DNA of 64,000 nt, taken from contig OZ024741.1 of assembly GCA_964016885.1 (NCBI GenBank), forward strand, positions 187,178,001 to 187,242,000. Direction: 5' to 3'. Every line of letters starts with the position of its first letter. Position 1 is the stretch's first letter. This document shows positions 60,800 to 64,000 of this stretch, in pieces. This DNA is from Eledone cirrhosa (lineage: Eukaryota). The notes below the pieces were generated by a model that saw only the letters and a program-made list of their open reading frames with translations, did not search any database and had not been told where the DNA came from. The translations under genes and the position numbers were made by a program.

Positions 60800-61290
60800 T
60801 TACAAAACATACATTAAGGACAACACAGGACGGTACAAATATGGGTTTCTGCGTGTATAAATTAAAAAGGAAATACAAACAAAAGATATTTTAAAAAAAT
60901 GGAAACAAAGGAAAAGTCCCCCTAACAGGGGAGTGTCTACCGAGAGTTCCTCGTGGAGACATCCCATAAAAGCCACAGTCACCCTGACCGATATGGCAAG
61001 CGCCCTTTCCGATTTTTCCTCATGCAGTATTAAAGGCACACGCTGAGAGCAGGCCCATTCACACGGGATATTTGTCCCTCTTTCACTCATCTTTCAACAA
61101 ACTGGCTGTAAGGCAGCACTCCCCTCTCTACCCTGATTTTCCTTTTCGAGTGAAACCGGAAAAAGTTAATGAGAGCGTCACCGAAGAGGAAAGTGCCCGT
61201 CTTCAACCATAATGATTTCTTTATTGGTCACTAGTGTCCACATAAAGGAGACAATACAAAAAGACAGGGACAGTGAGAGGGGTTACAATA
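60800..61290 (-). mobile_element. L1/Tx1 3'-end fragments of a more distant family
   Basis: KTGTFLFGDALINFFRFHSKRKIRVERGVL aligns with the C-terminus of 43946-45178; AATAAAgaaa end near 61215. Confidence 0.7.
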
Positions 61291-61294
61291 ATCA

Positions 61295-62150
61295 CAATTA
61301 AAAAAAAACTTTAAAGATCAAAGCAAAGAAAGTCCAAACCGAGGAACTAAACCGTGAATGGAAGACAAAACCATTATATGGTAGATTTCCAGAATGACGT
61401 CCTGTCTATGATATCGATCAGCATCCTCACTATCCTGGCTAAGAGGTGCTAGTTTGAAAGCAAAGACTCAGGGACTCTTAGTTGCAGCACATGACCAATC
61501 TCTAAACACTCGGGCCTATAGACTCAGAATAGTGAAAGATAGGACTAGCCCTCTATGCAGAATATGCTACAAACATGAAGAAATGTTATCTCCGGGTGTC
61601 CAGAGCTGACAAAAACTGATTGTATGGAAAGATACAACTGCATTGCCAAATAGATGTACTGGATGCTATTTCATGACATCCAAACCCCTGACAAATTGTA
61701 TGAACATCAACCAAAAACAATCATGGAAAATCGTGTGGGATATGCCTGGGATAACTGACCGAGAAATCGCTGCCAACAAACCCAGACAAAACAGATCGAA
61801 CATATAGCCTTTTAGATATTGCTGTACCAGCTGACAAGAATGCATTTGTAAAAACAATGGAATAGCTGTCAAAGTTCAAAAACCTGGAAATAGAGATCAA
61901 CCGCATGTGGAGGATGACCACAACCATTATCCCTGTGGTAATAGGAGCATTAGGATTAATACCCAGGTCCTCAGACCTCCACCTTAGTGTCCTTCCCTGC
62001 AAGATCAGCAAATATGAGCTACAGAAGATCGGGCTACTAGGAACAGCACATATTCTCAGATGAGTTCTCTCTCTACAATGAAAAACATCTATTGCTCTAG
62101 GCTCAAGGCCTGAACCTGGCAATAGAGAAACAGAACAGATCTAAAAGAAA
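61295..62150 (+). mobile_element. Dong/R4 LINE 3' fragment, ending in (TAA)n
   Basis: WKTKPLYGRF, WLRGASLKAKTQGLLVAAHDQSLNTR..PLCRIC, NKPD-like, LDIAVP, IPVVIGALG. Confidence 0.85.
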
Positions 62151-62164
62151 TAATATAATGATAA

Positions 62165-62728
62165 TAATTGTTTCTACTTTTGGCACAAGACCAGCAATTA
62201 TCCAGTGCATTACTGGTACTATATCCCTGTGGTATATCCTATATATCACAGGGATAATATAATTGTTTCTACTTTTGGCACAAGGCCAGCAATTACCCAG
62301 TGTATTACTGGTACTTTATTTTATCGACCCCATAAGGATGAAAGGCAAAGTTAACTTCGACGGGATTTGAACTCAGAATGGCAAGGGCCGTAACTCTATG
62401 CGTCAAAGCATGGCGTCCGACCCTCTACCGATACTGCCAATCCACTGGCCAATCCACAGGGATAATATAATGATAATGATACTGTTTTCTTATATAGGCA
62501 ACAATTTGGGGGAGGGGAAAGTCGATTAAATCGACTTAAGTCGATTAAATCGACCCCAGTGCGTGATTGGTACTTTATTTTATCGACTTGGTACTTTATT
62601 TTATCGACACCGTAAGGATGAAAGGCAAAGTTAACCTCGACGGGATGTGAACTCAGATAATAAAGGGCCGTAACTCTATGCTGCAAAGCATGTTGTCCGA
62701 TGCCCTACCGATACTGTCAATCAGCTGC
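62165..62728 (-). mobile_element. SINE cluster (fragment 62165-62220; copies 62261-62452 and 62480-62728)
   Basis: Same SINE family; cacagggataatataat duplicated at ~62247 and ~62455 (TSD-like). Confidence 0.85.
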
Positions 62729-62738
62729 CTTCATAATG

Positions 62739-62780
<42 letters not shown>

Positions 62781-62781
<1 letters not shown>

Positions 62782-64000
62782 CTTGGTGGAAGAAACGACT
62801 GAATGGTCAAATCAGGGAAATGAGAAATGACATTGGAAAGCTTGAGTCCCTACTGAATGGGACACTAAAAAACATAGACACTAAAAATAGACTTGAAATA
62901 AAGTACAAAACTAAAAGGAAAAAGCTAAATATTATCATAGAGGAACTGAAGCAACGCATTGTAGCAAAGAGTGCAAACATTAGGCGATACGAGAGCAGAG
63001 TCAGTCAGTATAGACAGAACCGCATGTTTGACAACAACCAGAAGATGCTGTTTGGACAGCTTGAAGGGAAAGAAAGAGGCAACGACTTGATCGCTGAGGC
63101 GGAACAAATTAAGACATTCTGGAGAGGAATATGGGAGCAGGATGTTAAACATAATGACCAGGTAGTGTGGATTGAGACAGTACAAAAGGAGATTAGTGAA
63201 CAGGCACACCAACAAACTGATTTGAGTATCACAGTTGAAACTCTTAAGAGGCAGGCCAAAAAACTAACCAACTGGAAATCACCAGGCCCAGATGGTGTGC
63301 AGGGGTATTGGATTAAAAATATAACATCCCTCCACCCGAAACTGACAACCATGTTCAATGACTGCTTGATGTCAGGTGAGGTACGAGAGTGGTTGACAAA
63401 AGGTACCACAGTTCTGGTAATGAAAGACCGAATCAAGGGTAATGATGTTACCAACTATAGACCTATCACATGTCTGTCCGTAATGTGGAAACTGTTGGCA
63501 AGCATTATATCTGAGGAAATCTACCATCACCTCCACACAAACAACTTGTTACCGGACGAACAGAAAGGATGCCGAAAGAAGTCACGTGGTACAAAGAACC
63601 AGTTACTTATTGATAAGATGGTAATGAGGAATTGCAAGAGGAGACACACTGGTCTTGCGATGGGATGGATAGACTACAAAAAGGCATTTGACATGGTGCT
63701 TCATTCTTGGATCACCAAAAGCCTAGAGATCTTCAAGGTGGCAGATAACATCAGACAGTTGTTGGGCAAAAGTATGAAGTCCTGGAAAACAGAGTTAACA
63801 TCAGCTGGAGAATCCTTAGGAGGCGTGAAGATCAAGAGAGGTATCTTCCAGGGAGATAGTCTGTCCCCTCTATTGTTTGTCCTTGCCCTGATGCCCCTGA
63901 CCATTATACTTCGAAAAGTGAGAGCAGGATACAAGTTGGGAAAGGGAGAGCTTACCATCAATCACCTCCTCTTCGTGGACGATCTTAAGCTCTTCGGGAA
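62781..64000 (+). mobile_element. Dong/R4 LINE, 5'-truncated, running off the window
   Basis: NWKSPGPDGVQGYWIK, NYRPITCL, WIDYKKAFDMV.HSW, RGIFQGDSLSPLLF, INHLLFVDDLKL; preceded by (TAA)n. Confidence 0.93.

Overview
Eukaryotic, repeat-saturated intergenic or intronic DNA. The SINE family and the (TA)n/(CA)n/(CATA)n load suggest a mollusc, probably Octopus; this is inference. No host protein-coding exon could be supported, and almost all listed ORFs are microsatellite read-throughs. Real coding remnants are retroelements: five Dong/R4-type (RT + restriction-like endonuclease) LINEs, three head-to-tail L1/Tx1-type LINEs, two Penelope-like elements (PLEs; one retains a CxCx5C/GIY-YIG endonuclease), RTE fragments with a non-autonomous RTE derivative, tRNA-head SINEs and a small Helitron. 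The main signal not shown by the ORF track is a dense set of short (about 150-600 bp) non-coding elements embedded in (TA)n. They come from at least 8 unrelated families and carry type I hammerhead ribozyme motifs (10 well-formed, plus several degenerate or half copies). Many have family-specific palindromic stem III, terminal redundancy or tandem dimers, 5' fold-back inverted arms and a shared TGAGTRCT motif near the 3' end. This looks like a retrozyme or mini-PLE radiation, plausibly mobilised by the PLEs present. Each retroelement class also appears to occupy its own microsatellite. All folds and alignments were read by eye.
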